Positions 41,641 to 54,659 of a stretch of 64,000 nt of DNA are shown one piece after another. Origin of the DNA: the human T2T-CHM13v2.0 reference genome, Homo sapiens. Both the position numbers and the translations under genes were made by a program. The stretch is taken from assembly GCF_009914755.1 (NCBI RefSeq), contig NC_060927.1. The stretch is one strand, 5' to 3'. The notes below the pieces were generated by a model. It worked only from the letters and a program-made list of their open reading frames with translations. It was not told the DNA's origin and ran no database searches. Position 1 is the first letter of the stretch, and every line of letters starts with the position of its first letter.

Positions 41641-42029
41641 TTTTTCTATGTCCATAAAACTGGAACTTTTTCTTGTAGATCTTTAGCCACTTCCACTTAT
41701 TTTTCAAAGTGCCTGTGGTAATCTTTTGAACTGGTTATTTGTGAGGAAGCAAAGTTCTGCGTCTCTGCGTTTCACATGAACAGGAGGAGCTGAGCTATGT
41801 CTGTATAAAGCCACCACTCAAATTTGGTCAAATCATTACTTTCTATCACCTAAGCAACTGTGTCTGCATAATCAATTACATTGGCTGTGCCGCCAATCTA
41901 TATCGACTCTTAAGACATCAACTAACTGGTGAGGGAGGATGTGTGAAATCTCAAGGGCTAGGAAAAAAAGAAGTGTTACAGGTGGCAGCTGGTCGGTTCT
42001 TCCTCCCTTTCTCTCTCTTTTCTGCAGCA

Positions 42030-42870
42030 AACATCTACCTATTGCCTACCATATTCCAGAAGTTTTTCAAGGCATTAGAATTACAATGATTATTAAGACC
42101 CAGGCCCTCCCCATGGGTTTCACAGCAGGTCAGGAAAATTGAAGATACACCACATGGAAACAGCATCCCCCCAACTGAGAAACGTGATAGCCTGAAATAA
42201 TTATAGATCAGTGCAGAGAGTGCTTTGATAAGGGTAAACACCAAGTGATAGGGGTCCTCGGGTAATAGTCATCCCTCATGCTGGGAAGGTCCAGTGGGCA
42301 AAGAAGTCAGAGGAACTAACTAGCTAAGTAAGAGCCCCACATACACAAAGGCCTACAGACTAAATATCCTGGAACATTCCTAAGAAGTTCTGTACAGTGA
42401 GGAAAGGAATGGAGTCAGGTAGGGAAATGGTTGGAGACCACACTGGGGCAGTACTTACCAGAGATCAGTATGAAAGGGTTAGTGTACTTTGCTAAGGAGT
42501 TTGATTTCATTCTAAAAGTGGTCAATGATATCAATGAATAATTTTAGGGGTAAGTATATGACATGATCAAAGTTGCCATTTCTAAAGATGTCTCCATTAG
42601 GAATGTGCAAATGGACCAGTGAGGGAGGCAGAGGGGAGGCAGGGAGATTAATCAAGAGGCTTTTGTAATATTCCATGTAAGAAATGATGAAGGTCTGGAC
42701 TAGGACAATTGCAGAAGAGACTGAGCTCAGGTAATGGATTCTGGAGAGATCTAGGATGTGGCACTACAGGAGGTAGTGATGACAATTACCTGTGAAGAAT
42801 GAAGAGAAAGAAGGTGTCAAGAATGATTCCCAAGTTTCTCTCTCAGACAGCTAGATAATCCTGTTGTTAC
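42030..42870 (-). mobile_element. L2 fragment
   Basis: 'gcaaacatctacctattgcctac...taaggagtttgatttcattct...gtcaagaatgattcccaagtttct'. Confidence 0.7.
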
Positions 42871-43117
42871 TCAGGCTGTTTAAGACTATTTTGTTTTTAA
42901 ACATCAGACATGGTGAGATAAGCACATTGTTTTTCTTCTAAATAAGTAGGGCTTTGCTAATATTACACAAATTCATTGAGGAGGGGTCAAATATAAGAAA
43001 GTTTCACTGTTCATTCCCATCATTCCTAGGCCACACCGGAGAAGAAAGGAGAGGATCCCAGTCCCAAGGAGTGTAGAGGATTACAATTTCAGATAGCTTT
43101 GAGTTTGGTGTGTCCAG

Positions 43118-43756
43118 CAGGGTCATGAGTTGTGCAGCCAATGCAGTTGCACAGAGCCTTGCACTCAGAAGGGTCCTGCACTCAATTTTAATTTCTGGGG
43201 ATACCATTGTGAAATTTTTAATGAACTTATCTTTGAATTTATATTTTGAAAGTGAAATTCTATGAGATAATAGAGCATTCACTGGGGGTTTGGAGCCTCA
43301 GCTCATGTGTGGTCCTGCCTGCCCCTGCCTGCCCCTGCCTCTCTCCTCCCTGGGACAGGTTCTCAACCTCTCACTCCCTTGCCCCCTGGTGCCCTAGCCT
43401 CCTCTGATCTCTCCCTTCCCACCCCCACTCCATGACCTCAGTCACCCTCTGCCACTTGGCAGGGTCCTGGGTGTAACCATGAGGAGGTTCAGGGTAAGGC
43501 ATGTACCCCATTCTCCTCAAAAAAAGGGCAAGGCAGTGGTTGCTCCCACCCTAAGCTGTCAGCTCTCAGGCATGTTCAGCCAGTGACTTGGCAGGGACCT
43601 CTAGCCCACCCCTTAGCATGTCTCAGTCTGGAGGTTACAATCCCTTGGGGGTCACCTCTCCTCTGTGGGTTATGAGAAATGGAGATTGACTTCTCTACTC
43701 CTTCTGGGACCCTGCATTTTTATTTTACACCCTGTGAATCATGTAAGCAACTCTTG
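43118..43756 (+). mobile_element. MER45-family hAT-Tip100 element (long MER45B/C-like form)
   Basis: 5' 'tgcagttgcacagagccttgcactcagaagggtcctgcact' and 3' 'ggaccctgcatttttattttacac...atcatgta' match MER45 ends. Confidence 0.75.
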
Positions 43757-44044
43757 GTGTTGGCTGATGACAAAAAAAAGGGTGGATGGAATTATTCTAA
43801 CTCATATGTATCTTTCAGGAAATGAGATCCTTTCTTGTCCCATCAAAAGAGGAATAAGACATTCTACAGTGAGGTCAAAGAGGGTGTAAAGCAGAGACCA
43901 GGTCAGGGATGAATTCTATTGCTATAAGCTTTCTGGGAGAGACTCAAGTCCTTCTTTTATGGGGTCAAGTGAGCATGATCCAGATTCTTATCGACTGTGG
44001 CCATTCTGGGGATGGTCTGCACCTATACAATAAGTTACAAATCA

Positions 44045-45680
44045 TTTTTTTATTGCAGTAAAAAATGTATCATTAAATTTGTCAACTTAACCATTTTTAA
44101 GTGTATGGTTCAGTGTGTTAAATATATTCACATTATTACGCAATAGATCTCTAGAACATTTTTATCTTGCAACACTGAAACCCTAATCCCCCTAAAAACT
44201 ACTTCTCCCTATACCCTATCCCCAGTCCTTGATAACCACCTTTCTACTTTCTGTCTCTTTGATTCTGACTACTTTAGATGCTTCATATGAGTGGGACCAT
44301 ATAGTATTTGTCCTTTTGTGACTGGTTCATTTTGTCAGCATAATGTCCTTCCGATTAACCCATGTTGTAGCATGTGAAAGGATTTCCTTCTTTTTTAAGG
44401 CTGCATAATATTCCATTTTTGCATGGTTATATCACATCTTCTTTATCCGCTCATCTGTCTATGGACATCTGGGTTGCTTCTACCTCTTGGTTATTGTGAA
44501 TAGTGCTGCAGTTAGTGCTACAGTGAACATGGGAGTACAGCTATCTAGTCAAGATCCTGATTTTAATTCTTTTTCAAGATCCTGATTTCAATTCTTTTGG
44601 ATATATACCCAGAAATGGGATTGCTGGATCATACAGTAGTTCTATTTTTAATATTTTGAGGAACCTCCATACTGTTTTCCTTAATGGCTGCACCACTTTG
44701 AATTCCCATCAACAGTGTGCAAGGGTTCCAATTTCTCTACATCCTCATCAACACTTAATTTGGGTTCTTTTTTTTTTTTTTGAGAGTTGCCAACTTGTAA
44801 TATTGCATTGTGGCTTTGATTTGCATTTCCCTAATTATTAGTGATGTTGATCATCTTTTCATATGCTTATTGACTGTTTACATATCTTCTTTGGGTAAAT
44901 GCCTACTCAAATCTTTTGTCCACTTTTAAATCAGGTTATTTGGTTTTTTGTTGTTGAGTTAAAGTTTCTTAGATATTCTGGATATTAATCCCTTATCAGA
45001 TATATGACTTGCAATTATTTTCTACCAATCTGTAGGCTGCTTTTCATTCTGTCAATTGTTTCCTTTGTTGTGCAGAAGTTTTTAAATTTGATGTAGTCCC
45101 CTTTACCTATTTTTAAATTTTATTCCCTATCTTCTCAATGTCATAATCAAGAAATTGTTGCTAAATCTAATGTCCTGTAGCTTTTCTTCTATGTTTTCTT
45201 CTAGGAGCTTAATAGTTTTAGGTCTTAGTTTCAGGTCTTTAATAACTTTGAGTTAATTTTTTGTAATGGTGTAAGGTAAGTGTCCAACTTCATTCTTTTA
45301 CATGTGGACATCCAATTTTCCCATCACCATTTGATGAAGAGACTGTCCTTTCCCCATAGTGTAGTCTTGGCACCCTTGTTGAAAATCATTCAGCCACATA
45401 TAAGATGGTTTGTTTCTAGGCTATCTATTCTACTGCATTGGTCTATATATGTATCTTTATGATAATACAGCATCGCCTTAACTGCTATTGCTTTGTAATG
45501 TGTTTTGAAGGCCGGGAATGTGAGCCTTCTGACTTTGTTCTTTTTCAAGATTCTTTTGGCTAGTCAGGGTTTCTCGAGATTCCATATGACTTTTAAGATG
45601 GTTCTATTTCTGTAAAAAAAAAAAAATGCCATTGGGATTTTGAAAGAGGTTGTATTGAATCCATAGACTGCTTTAGGTCC
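44045..45680 (-). mobile_element. L1MA/MB-like 3' 1.6 kb
   Basis: 'tatacccagaaatgggattgctggatcat', 'tttgcatttccctaat', 'cttatcagatatatga' antisense ORF2/3'UTR. Confidence 0.9.
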
Positions 45681-46159
45681 ACAAATTAGTTTGAAAACAT
45701 AAAACCACTCACAAATAGGTGTGCATGTAAAACTGGCAAAATATGAATATGGCTGATGAGTTTATCAATGTCATTTGTTTAAGATATTGTACTATAGTTA
45801 GGTTAGCTATTGTGCTATTGTCGGGGGAACTGGATGAAAGGCATAGAGAATCTCTCTGTATTGTTTCTTACAACTCGTGACTCTATAATTATCTCAAATA
45901 AAAACTAAAAAACAAAGTCAGTCATACGCTATCATTTCAAACATACCATTAGCATCTAAATGCAAAATACTGTGTACAGACAGCTTTATAGCTAAGACAA
46001 ACCAGGCTTCACCTGCTTTAGGCAAGGGCCCGGTATTTAGTTGTAAACCTGTGGTTCCACCCCAGGCCCCGTATTAGTTATTGGTATTCCTTCAACATTA
46101 CAGACCATGTAGATCCATTAGGCTATAATATATATCCGTGCTACAATAGGGATACTTGA

Positions 46160-46700
46160 TTTTGTTAATTCTTCATCCACTTGATATATTTATATATTGG
46201 GCATCCACCATGTGCCAGGTATCATGCCAAACCTGAGAATACAAAGATGAAACAGATTGCCTTTGTAGTTGAGGATATTCCAGCAAGAAGACAGACAGAT
46301 CCACAATTATAATTACAATGCTCATGGTAGATGCCAGGCAAAGGCAAAAAAGGGTTTCATTAGAGGGCAATCCGAGTTAGGAAGGGAAGGTTTGAGTAAG
46401 TCTTCCTAGAAGAGATGATGTTAGAGAAAATTCTTAAAGGGTAAGTAGGAGTTTAATGAGTGGAAAAGAGGAGAAAGGAAATAAGTCAGAAGGAAATAAA
46501 GTGGGCAGGCTGGAAAGCATGATAAATTGTGGTGCTTTGAGGAAGGGCAAGGAGATGCTGGAGCACAAGATACAGTTTAGTGGGGCCCTGAGGAGCCAGC
46601 CTGGGGAGTTGAGCTGGACCAGACCATGGAGCAGGGAGCACTTGTGCCTTATATCAAAGGAAGTGGGGAGCCATCAAAGAAAGGCAAGGACATGAATGAT
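46160..46700 (-). mobile_element. L2 3' fragment
   Basis: 'ccatgtgccaggtatcatgc...cttcctagaagagatgatg...ggggagccatc'. Confidence 0.65.
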
Positions 46701-47889
46701 CCCATCTTCATCTCTCCTGAATAAACAAGGACAAGGCCTATAGATATTGCTTTTTAAATAATTAGGAATCAGTGAACTGTGAGATTAACTTTCTTAGTCG
46801 TTCCTTATCTCAGGCACAGTTTCACATGCAAGGTATTGGGACCACCAAGCCTCTAACAATTCCATTTTCTAGTTGATGAATTCAACAAATAAAAGGCAAA
46901 GAATATACAGCTGGTTTCTGATTCTCAATGAGAGAGGTGGCAGGGAGGCTTCTACAACACCACCAGCCCCAGAATCTATATTCTTGTCAATTCCTCTCCC
47001 TTCCTCATGGCTCTGCCTGCAGGTCCACAGAGAGCTTCCAACCACTGTCCAGGGAGGCCGGTCAACCTTCCCTCCATGACCAGAACTGCAGAGCAGCTTG
47101 GGCCTCCCTGTTAAATTCTGCTTGTGAGTGGAGGACTTGAAGAAGTGGGGTAAGGTGGAGTAGGGTCAGGCATAGTTAGGTTTCCTGATGCTGTGGCCAA
47201 AAGTCTCAGAGAATCGCAGGTGTCTTATGAAGGAGAAAGAAAATAACACATGTAGAACAAAACAAGATGGCATAATACCTGCCTCAAAGCTTGCAGTGGC
47301 AGCTTTGGCATTAGATTCTGCCCAGCTCAGTCCCCAGAATATGGATTCCCCTCCATGGAAGCATCTCATTGCTAAAAACCCTTACAAGATGTGTGAGAAA
47401 CTTCTTCCCCCTTAAATGGCTGACTGAACAAATTTAACGGAGGCTGTTATCCACTGAGTTTAGTATCAAAGCTCTGAGATCCAGTTCTCTTTGAGTTTTT
47501 GCTTTCATCTGGAATCTTGCGCCCCTGCCCTCTTTGCTGCCGTCACTGCACAATGTCAAACAGCTGGAGTCTGGGCAGCACCAGAATCCAACTGTCTCAG
47601 CCTAACAAGTGAAGGGATGGGGGAAGAACAGATGGCGGGAGATGAGGAAGGTGGGGGTGTCATGGAGGACGAAAGGGGGCTGTGCTTGCTTTAGAGAATC
47701 TGATATCTTGGAAAAGTGGTCTCACGTGGAATTCAGTGTCAATAGATTCTATTTGTCTAGGGCTTTGCAAAATCAAGCACACAGAAGTGGCCTTGGACTA
47801 TTCTATTTTTCATTTCTCTAACCCAGCTTCACCTCTCACTCAAACTTTTACTAATTTTCCCTCCATTTATTGAGTGCCTACCAAGGGTT

Positions 47890-47970
47890 TATATATACAT
47901 ATATACACATATATATATGTGTATGTATATATATATGTGTATACATATATATGTGTATATATAGAGAGAG
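47890..47970. repeat. (TA/TG/CA)n microsatellite inside a MIR remnant
   Basis: Directly visible; flanks resemble antisense MIR. Confidence 0.85.
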
Positions 47971-48123
47971 AAATAGTACATATATATTATTTCCAATATT
48001 CACAGAAACTAGGGTTTAGGGATGTAATTAATTTGTCTAAGCTCATGCAGCTTATTTAAGACTGGATTCAAACCCAGGTTTGTCTTGATGCCACAATATT
48101 CTTTTTTTAAAAATCTCATCCTC

Positions 48124-48553
48124 GGCCAAGCACAATGGCTCACGCCTGTAGTCCTAGCACTTTCGGAGGACGAGGCAGGTGGACCAGTTGAGCCCAGGAG
48201 TTCGAGACCAGCCAGGCCAACTTGGAGAAACACTGTCTCTACTAAAAATACAAAAAATTAGCCGGCCTGGTAGCAGGCACCTGTAGTCCCAGCTACTCCA
48301 GAGGCTGAGGCAGGAGAATGGCGTGAACCAGGAGGCGGAGCTTGCAGTGAGCCGAGATCACACAACTGCACTCCAGCCTGGGTGACAGAGCAAGACACTG
48401 TCAAAAAAAAAAAAAAATCAACTGGGCATGGTGGTGTGCGCCTGTAATCCCAGCTACTCAGGTGGCTGAGGCAGAGGTTGCAGTGAGCCAAGATCACACC
48501 ACTGCACTCCAGCCTGGAAGACAGAGTGAGACCCTGTCTCTAAATAAATAAAA
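48124..48553 (+). mobile_element. Three-arm nested Alu (older AluJ-like element containing an AluY-like right arm)
   Basis: Left arm with J-type 'ttgagcccagg', middle arm with Y-type 'gagaatggcgtgaacc...ggcggagcttgcag', third arm with internal deletion; outer TSD-like aaaaatctcatcctc / aaaaatatcattctc. Confidence 0.85.
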
Positions 48554-49234
48554 AAAATATCATTCTCCCCCTGGGGTACACTTGTCCATAGGGAGCCTTG
48601 TGGGGATCTGGTGATTAATTCCTAAAAGTCAACGGAACATATAGCCAGTAGGAATGCCTGAGTTGACAGCCTGGGGCTAGAGAAGTCAGTCCCAGCCAGT
48701 TCAACTTGTATAAGGAATAGATGGCATCATACCAGGCTCACCTGTAGTTCTGCCTGAACCATGCAATTTAGGGTTTAATTATACGCTGTCTTGCATTGTT
48801 TCTACTAATTGTTGCATAGGTCAATCTTATACTTTCATTCATCATTCTTCCTTCAGTCAACAAATATTTTAGAGCAACTGGGCATATTTCTTCTCCAGCA
48901 GCCCTTGCAATACCCAGCATAGAAAGGTAAGCCAACTCAGATAACTAGTTAATGGTCCAGTCAAGAGCAAATGAGGGCTAATTTTCCTAATTATAAATTA
49001 ATGGATTATGTTATGCATCTTGAAATTGTACTGAGATATTGCCTTAATAAATAGACACTTTATACACTCAACAGCTTGAATTTTAAAGCAGAAAGTTGGG
49101 TTCATGAATATCTCATTTCCAGTATCATTTATCAAGATAAAATGTCTTTATCCAAATATAAGCTTTTGAGAATAGTTATGTGTACAAAAGCCAATTTACT
49201 AATATTGTTAAAACTGTGAATTTTGGTATCTCGT

Positions 49235-49538
49235 TTATTTGTTTTTTTTTGTTTTTGAGATGGAGTCTCCCTCTATTGCCCAGGCTGGAGTGCAGTGGCA
49301 CGATCTCAACCCACTGCAACCTCCCGCCTCCCGGGTTCAAGCGACTCTTCTGCCTCAGCCTCCTGAGTAGCAGGGATTATAGGCATGCGCCACCACGCCT
49401 GGCTAATTTTTGCATTTTTAGTAGAGATGGGGTTTCACCATGTTGGTCAGGCTGGTCTCAAAACTCCTGACCTCGTGATCCGCCCCCCTCAGCCTCCCAA
49501 AGTGCTGGGGTTACAGGCGTGAGTCACCGCACCTGGCC
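49235..49538 (-). mobile_element. Alu (AluS-like)
   Basis: Full antisense Alu; degenerate TSD ggtatctcgttt / ggtatgtcattt. Confidence 0.95.
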
Positions 49539-49799
49539 GGTATGTCATTTTTAATCTTAACCCATACATCAGAACTCCATTCTCTTCCTGTATATAATAT
49601 CCTTAGACTCTTACATTAGTTACAATTAGTAAGTTACCTTAGTTCTTGGAATGCACTTGAATGTCTCTTTCGAAAAAAGAAAAACACTCCTTGGAAAGCC
49701 CATAAAATACTTCTTAATGGCTAGACAAAATTTGGGCATTTTCTAAACAGTTTTTTTTTACTGCAAGAAGTAGCCTGCAATTCATGAAATAGTTGTGAA

Positions 49800-50015
49800 G
49801 TAGTGTGTTTCACTGGAAAAATCTTGGGTTTGGAATTCTTACCACCATTTAGTTGTTGGGGATCTCAGGCATGTTATTTAATTTTCCTTATCTATAAAAT
49901 GGAGATAATTGCACCTATATAGCACAAGGTCATTATGGGGATTCAAGATGGAAGGTACACACAGAATCCGGGAGAGAAACTGGGAGAGGAAGGTGCTCAA
50001 TAAACATTAGCTTAT
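49800..50015 (+). mobile_element. MIR
   Basis: 'ttttccttatctataaaatggagataat...gtgctcaataaacattagct'. Confidence 0.75.
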
Positions 50016-50249
50016 TTCTCAGAGGCTTGTTGAAAAGGTTAAATAAAATCATAAATATGATGCAGTTCATAGGGTAAGCAATTAGTGCCCAGCTCTTCCC
50101 ATTGGAGTGTTGTTTCCACTAAAGTGAATATTTGGCAGTTGTTTTCTTTATTGTTCAGTGTAATCATTCAGACTAGATAATTCAATCAAGTCTTCACTTG
50201 GGACCTTGTGTTTGATGATCTCATTGTTGCTTTTAATTAAAATAATCTG

Positions 50250-50980
50250 AGAGATGGAAATGTACATTGGAACCACTGGAGGACAATTTTGTAATACCAA
50301 CTAAAAGCATTTAAAATGTTATATCCTATCCATTGATCCCAAACTCCTACTTACATGAATTTACCCTTAGGAAATAATCAGAACAAAAAGATTTATAGCT
50401 AGATGTTTAGTCAACTGCAATACAGGATGATAATAAAAATGGAAACGATCTAAATATGTAACAATAGAAGAATGGTTGAATAAATAACAATCTCTCTCTT
50501 TGATGGGATAGTACACAGCAGTTAAGTCAAATTTTGAAGATTACATATGGGGAAAATAATCATTAAAATGTTAAATTTAAAAGCATGATAACCTGTATGT
50601 ACAATGAACCCAAATTTGTAAAATATGAAAGTACCAGATAAATCAATGAAGAAGCTGGCTCCTGCCTGAATTACCAGATGCATTAAAAATTGTATAAAAT
50701 ATTGAATAAACTCACCCCAATTATGTTTCCCTTTAAATGTCTTTCAATTCTGATTCAATTAGAATCATATACTCAGTGTCGATAACGTGTTTATTTGTAT
50801 TGATGAGAAACAAAAACAAGAAAGAAAAATGACTAGAAAAAACACTCCACTATGTTAATAACAATGTTATCCCTGGGTAGTAACTTTAAGTTGATTTTCT
50901 TCTTTTATGTGTTTTTCTACATTTTCTAAATTTTTGTCAGTGCACATATTTTATAATCAGGAAAGCAGATTTATATTAAA
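50250..50980 (+). mobile_element. L1ME-like 3' end, split by a ~185-bp insert
   Basis: 'aatggaaacgatctaaatatgtaacaatagaagaatggttgaataaat' before the insert and 'gttatccctgggtag...ttttataatcaggaaa' after it. Confidence 0.7.
50626..50813 (+). repeat. ~185-bp diverged spaced duplication, copy 1 (partner 52719-52902)
   Basis: Shared colinear blocks tgaaagtac..gataaatcaa, tggct.ctgcctgaat, ttatgtttcc, gattcaattaga.tc.tatactcagtgt, agaaacaa. Confidence 0.9.
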
Positions 50981-51707
50981 ACAGAGGAAAACATCATCAA
51001 GTCCTTCTTTCTTGTCTACATCTTAATAATTTTCTCAGCATAATCCTCTCCAGATATCTTTCACAGTCAAAGAGATCCCTGTTTATATGATACAGGTAGA
51101 GTATCTACAGCACACTGAGAGGAAACCACGTCTTTTCATGTCATTCACTGAATTCCTTCCAGTTTATTCTGCACAGCCTAGCAACATAGTGACTTATATA
51201 GACCTACAATCCCTACTCACCTCCCCACTCCTTCCCCCGACCAAGCATTTAAATTAATGTGATGATCACTTCCATACCAAATGCTTCCTTCTTGGTGGAG
51301 GCCCATAACATTTCCAAGAAAGCAAGGTGCTAGAGGTAAATCACCATCAACAGAATGGACAGTAGCAAAAAGCACCTTACAAAATCCAGACTCCACCTAA
51401 CTGTTTTGAAATGGCTAGAGATGCTGGAATGGGTTGGGGTGGGTTAAGATAGAGAAACTAATTGAAAGGGGAGGAGGGAATTAGGCAAGAAATACCCTCC
51501 AGGCAAAATGGAGTGGGGAGAAAATTCAGATACGTTGTTCTTACAGGACTAGTAGTAATAAACACAATCACATTAATACAAAGAGCAATAAAAACAATAA
51601 ACATATCTGAGGTACCAACAGTGTGCTTGATGCCGCCAGCAGAATTAAGTCCTCTTTATTAAGCTGTGATCTGCATTCTGCCTAAACTATAAGAAAGGTG
51701 AGCAGCA

Positions 51708-52007
51708 GGCCGGGAGCAGTGGCTCATGCCTGTAACCCCAGCACTTTGGGAGGCTGAGGCGGGCTGATCACCTGAGGTCAGGAGTTCGAGACCAGCCTGT
51801 CCAACATGGTGAAACCCCGTCTCTACTTAAAAAAAAAAAATTAGCCTGGCGTGGTGGCAGGCACCTGTAATCCCAGCTACACGGGAGGCTGAGGCAGGGA
51901 GAATTGCTTGAATCGGGGAGGTGGAGGTTGCAGTGAGCTGAGATCATGCCACCGCACTCCAGCCTGGGTGAGAGAGCCAGACTCCATCTTAAAAAAAAAA
52001 AGAAAGA
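51708..52007 (+). mobile_element. Alu (AluS-like) with 16-bp TSD
   Basis: TSD aagaaaggtgagcagc at 51691-51706 and 52008-52023. Confidence 0.96.
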
Positions 52008-52718
52008 AAGAAAGGTGAGCAGCCTGCATGCATGAAGGAACAAGGCAGTGTGTCATTCTCCTGACTAAATGGTGCTGGTAGGGACTGTTACATTCTTTGT
52101 GTTCTGTTGTGTTCTGATGCTTAACTCAGAGCCTAGGGCTGTGTGGACCCAAAGACCAGAGTAAGAGAATGGAGAGTCCTAGGAGAAAGATGACAGAAGG
52201 GGTAGAAGATATCTTTGAGATGTGAAGCAACGAATAGTATATACAGGAATATAAAAGAATGGATCTGAGACCTTCATGCATCACGTTCTCATTGAGCGGT
52301 ACTTGGAATCATCTTTGAAAAACAGAAGGCTGGATACGCTGCTTGGGTCCCTGGGAAGAAGGAGTGTTATCACTGCAGAGGAAGCTGGTTGACCCATTCC
52401 CTTGGGGGAATTAAAAGTTCTGTACCCAGGGTGGACCCCAGGCCTTGTAGTCCAGAATTGTGCCTTGGAAGGAGGACAAAAGAAAGTGGAAGCTAATATA
52501 GTCAATGACTGGAAAGAAAAATAGGTCTTTGAGAAGGTTGGGGGAGATTGTTAGAGATTAAAAGGGAAGGAAAATTAGGATGATTAAGTAGGAAAAGGAA
52601 ATGTAGGTGGATAATGCACAGAGAGAGTTCAGAGTCCTTTTCACCTTCTTGCTGAAAATGCATCATCCTCCAGATCCATTTTGCCAGAGGAACATGCCTA
52701 AGAATCCAGGCACAGAGC

Positions 52719-52902
52719 TGAAAGTACTCGATAAATCAAAAAGGAAATTGGCTTCTGCCTGAATGACTAAATACCGGAGAAAAAATAGTGCAAAATATGG
52801 AATGAAATACATTTATGTTTCCTTTGTAAAGGTCTTTTGGTTCAGATTCAATTAGAGTCCTATACTCAGTGTAAAGTATGTATGTTTACTGACAAGAAAC
52901 AA
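52719..52902 (+). repeat. ~185-bp diverged spaced duplication, copy 2 (partner 50626-50813)
   Basis: Same colinear blocks as 50626-50813. Confidence 0.9.
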
Positions 52903-52906
52903 GTTA

Positions 52907-53249
<343 letters not shown>

Positions 53250-53583
53250 CCCCCAGAGGCCCAGAAAAGTTAAGTGACTTTCCAAAGTCACAGTGGCTTC
53301 CTGACTCCCAGTGCAGCTGTCCAGCCACACAGGGAAGGCAGCACCCCCATTCACCCTACTACTAGCCTGGCTGTCTTATTTCCAGGACAGCTTCCTCACC
53401 AGCTTGGCACAAACTCCCAGTTCACTTTAAACAAATGGCTTAGCCCTGCTGGGTCTTGGTTTTCTCAGCTGCAATGAAGATACGGAATGGATGACCGCTC
53501 ACAACCTGTGCTTCATTCCTAAAAAATAAGAAGGGAATCCAATTTGCCACCAACTCAACATTTGCCTTCTCACTGCCCTGGAA

Positions 53584-53760
53584 AGGTAGTTTTTAAAACG
53601 TGGCCCCTGACCTGCAGCATCAGCATCACCTGGGAACCTATTTGAAATGCAAATTCCCAGGTCCACCTACTGAATCAGAAACTCTGGAGGTGGGGCCCAG
53701 CAAAGGGATTTAGCAAGCCTTCCAGGGAGTCCTGCTACAGCTCAAGTTTGAGAACCACAG
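53584..53760 (+). mobile_element. MER5A (hAT-Charlie)
   Basis: 'gcagcatcagcatcacctgggaac...gaaatgcaaatt...cctactgaatcagaaactctgg...agtttgagaaccac'. Confidence 0.92.
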
Positions 53761-54659
53761 CTCTGAAAGTTTTCTGACCAACACACACGCGCGCGTGCGC
53801 GTACACATACACACGCATAGGTAACTAACTTTTCCGTGGCCACTAGCACCCCCAACCCATGCCCCCAGCCCCAGCCCCAGCTCTCCCTCCCCATTCCTCC
53901 CTGGCTCCATCCTGGGATGATGAATGGAGGTCAGGGCGCTGTCAATGGACCACGCGGCAAACCCTCCCCAACCGACCGAGGGGGTCGGGGGAGGCTGCGT
54001 TAAGGCTTCCCTGAGATTGGTTTCCTTATCATTTTCTCCACCGCCGCTGTCCCATTTTCTGATGAGTTTGCTTTTAATGATTTATCCAACAGTTTGTCTT
54101 GCAGAAGAAGAAGACCATTGAGAGGTGGGTGTCAGGAAAGTCTTGGAAGAGACTAGGCGAAAGGAGGGAAGGATTGTACATGGAAGAGCAAGGGTGCGAG
54201 GTGAAGCTAAAGAGAAAGTGAAGGCTTCAGGGGAGCCCCCTGGGTTCGGGGAAAAGGGAGAAGATGGTGCTTTTGGTATGGGAAAGCAAAAGAAGTTGGA
54301 GGAGAGCGCGGGTCTGAGGCACAGCAAAAAGTGGGTGTTAACGGGAAAACTGCCCTAGAGTTTGGGGGACTTTTTCCAGCTTCCTTTCCAAGACTTTTTC
54401 TTTGCTCCATTTTGCTCCTCCCCCTCCTCCCAGCCTCCTCCACTCCCTCCTCCTCCTCCTCGCACGGTAATGGGAGGCTCCTAGGCAGGAGAAGCAAAAG
54501 AAGGAATTGTTTGCGAGTTCAGTCATCCAAAAAGCTTCTTCCATATGGAGGGACCGGGTACGCTGGGCGCGGCGTCCCCTGCGTTGTCCTCCTGCTGCCG
54601 CCCCCGCGGCCGCCGCTTTCTGCCGCGGGGACCCTGAGCCCCGGCCCGCCGGTGTCAGC

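Noticed and set aside
41881-41896. NFI-like palindrome ttggc-tgtgcc-gccaa
   Set aside because: Spacer is 6 nt rather than the canonical 5; no other support.
44550-44600. 25-bp tandem duplication inside L1 (similar small ones at 5724-5772, 11067-11094 and 16471-16508)
   Set aside because: Ordinary slippage micro-duplications inside neutral repeat fossils.
54461-54472. Possible further upstream first-exon donor ACG|GTAATG
   Set aside because: Moderate match only; cannot be supported without transcript data.
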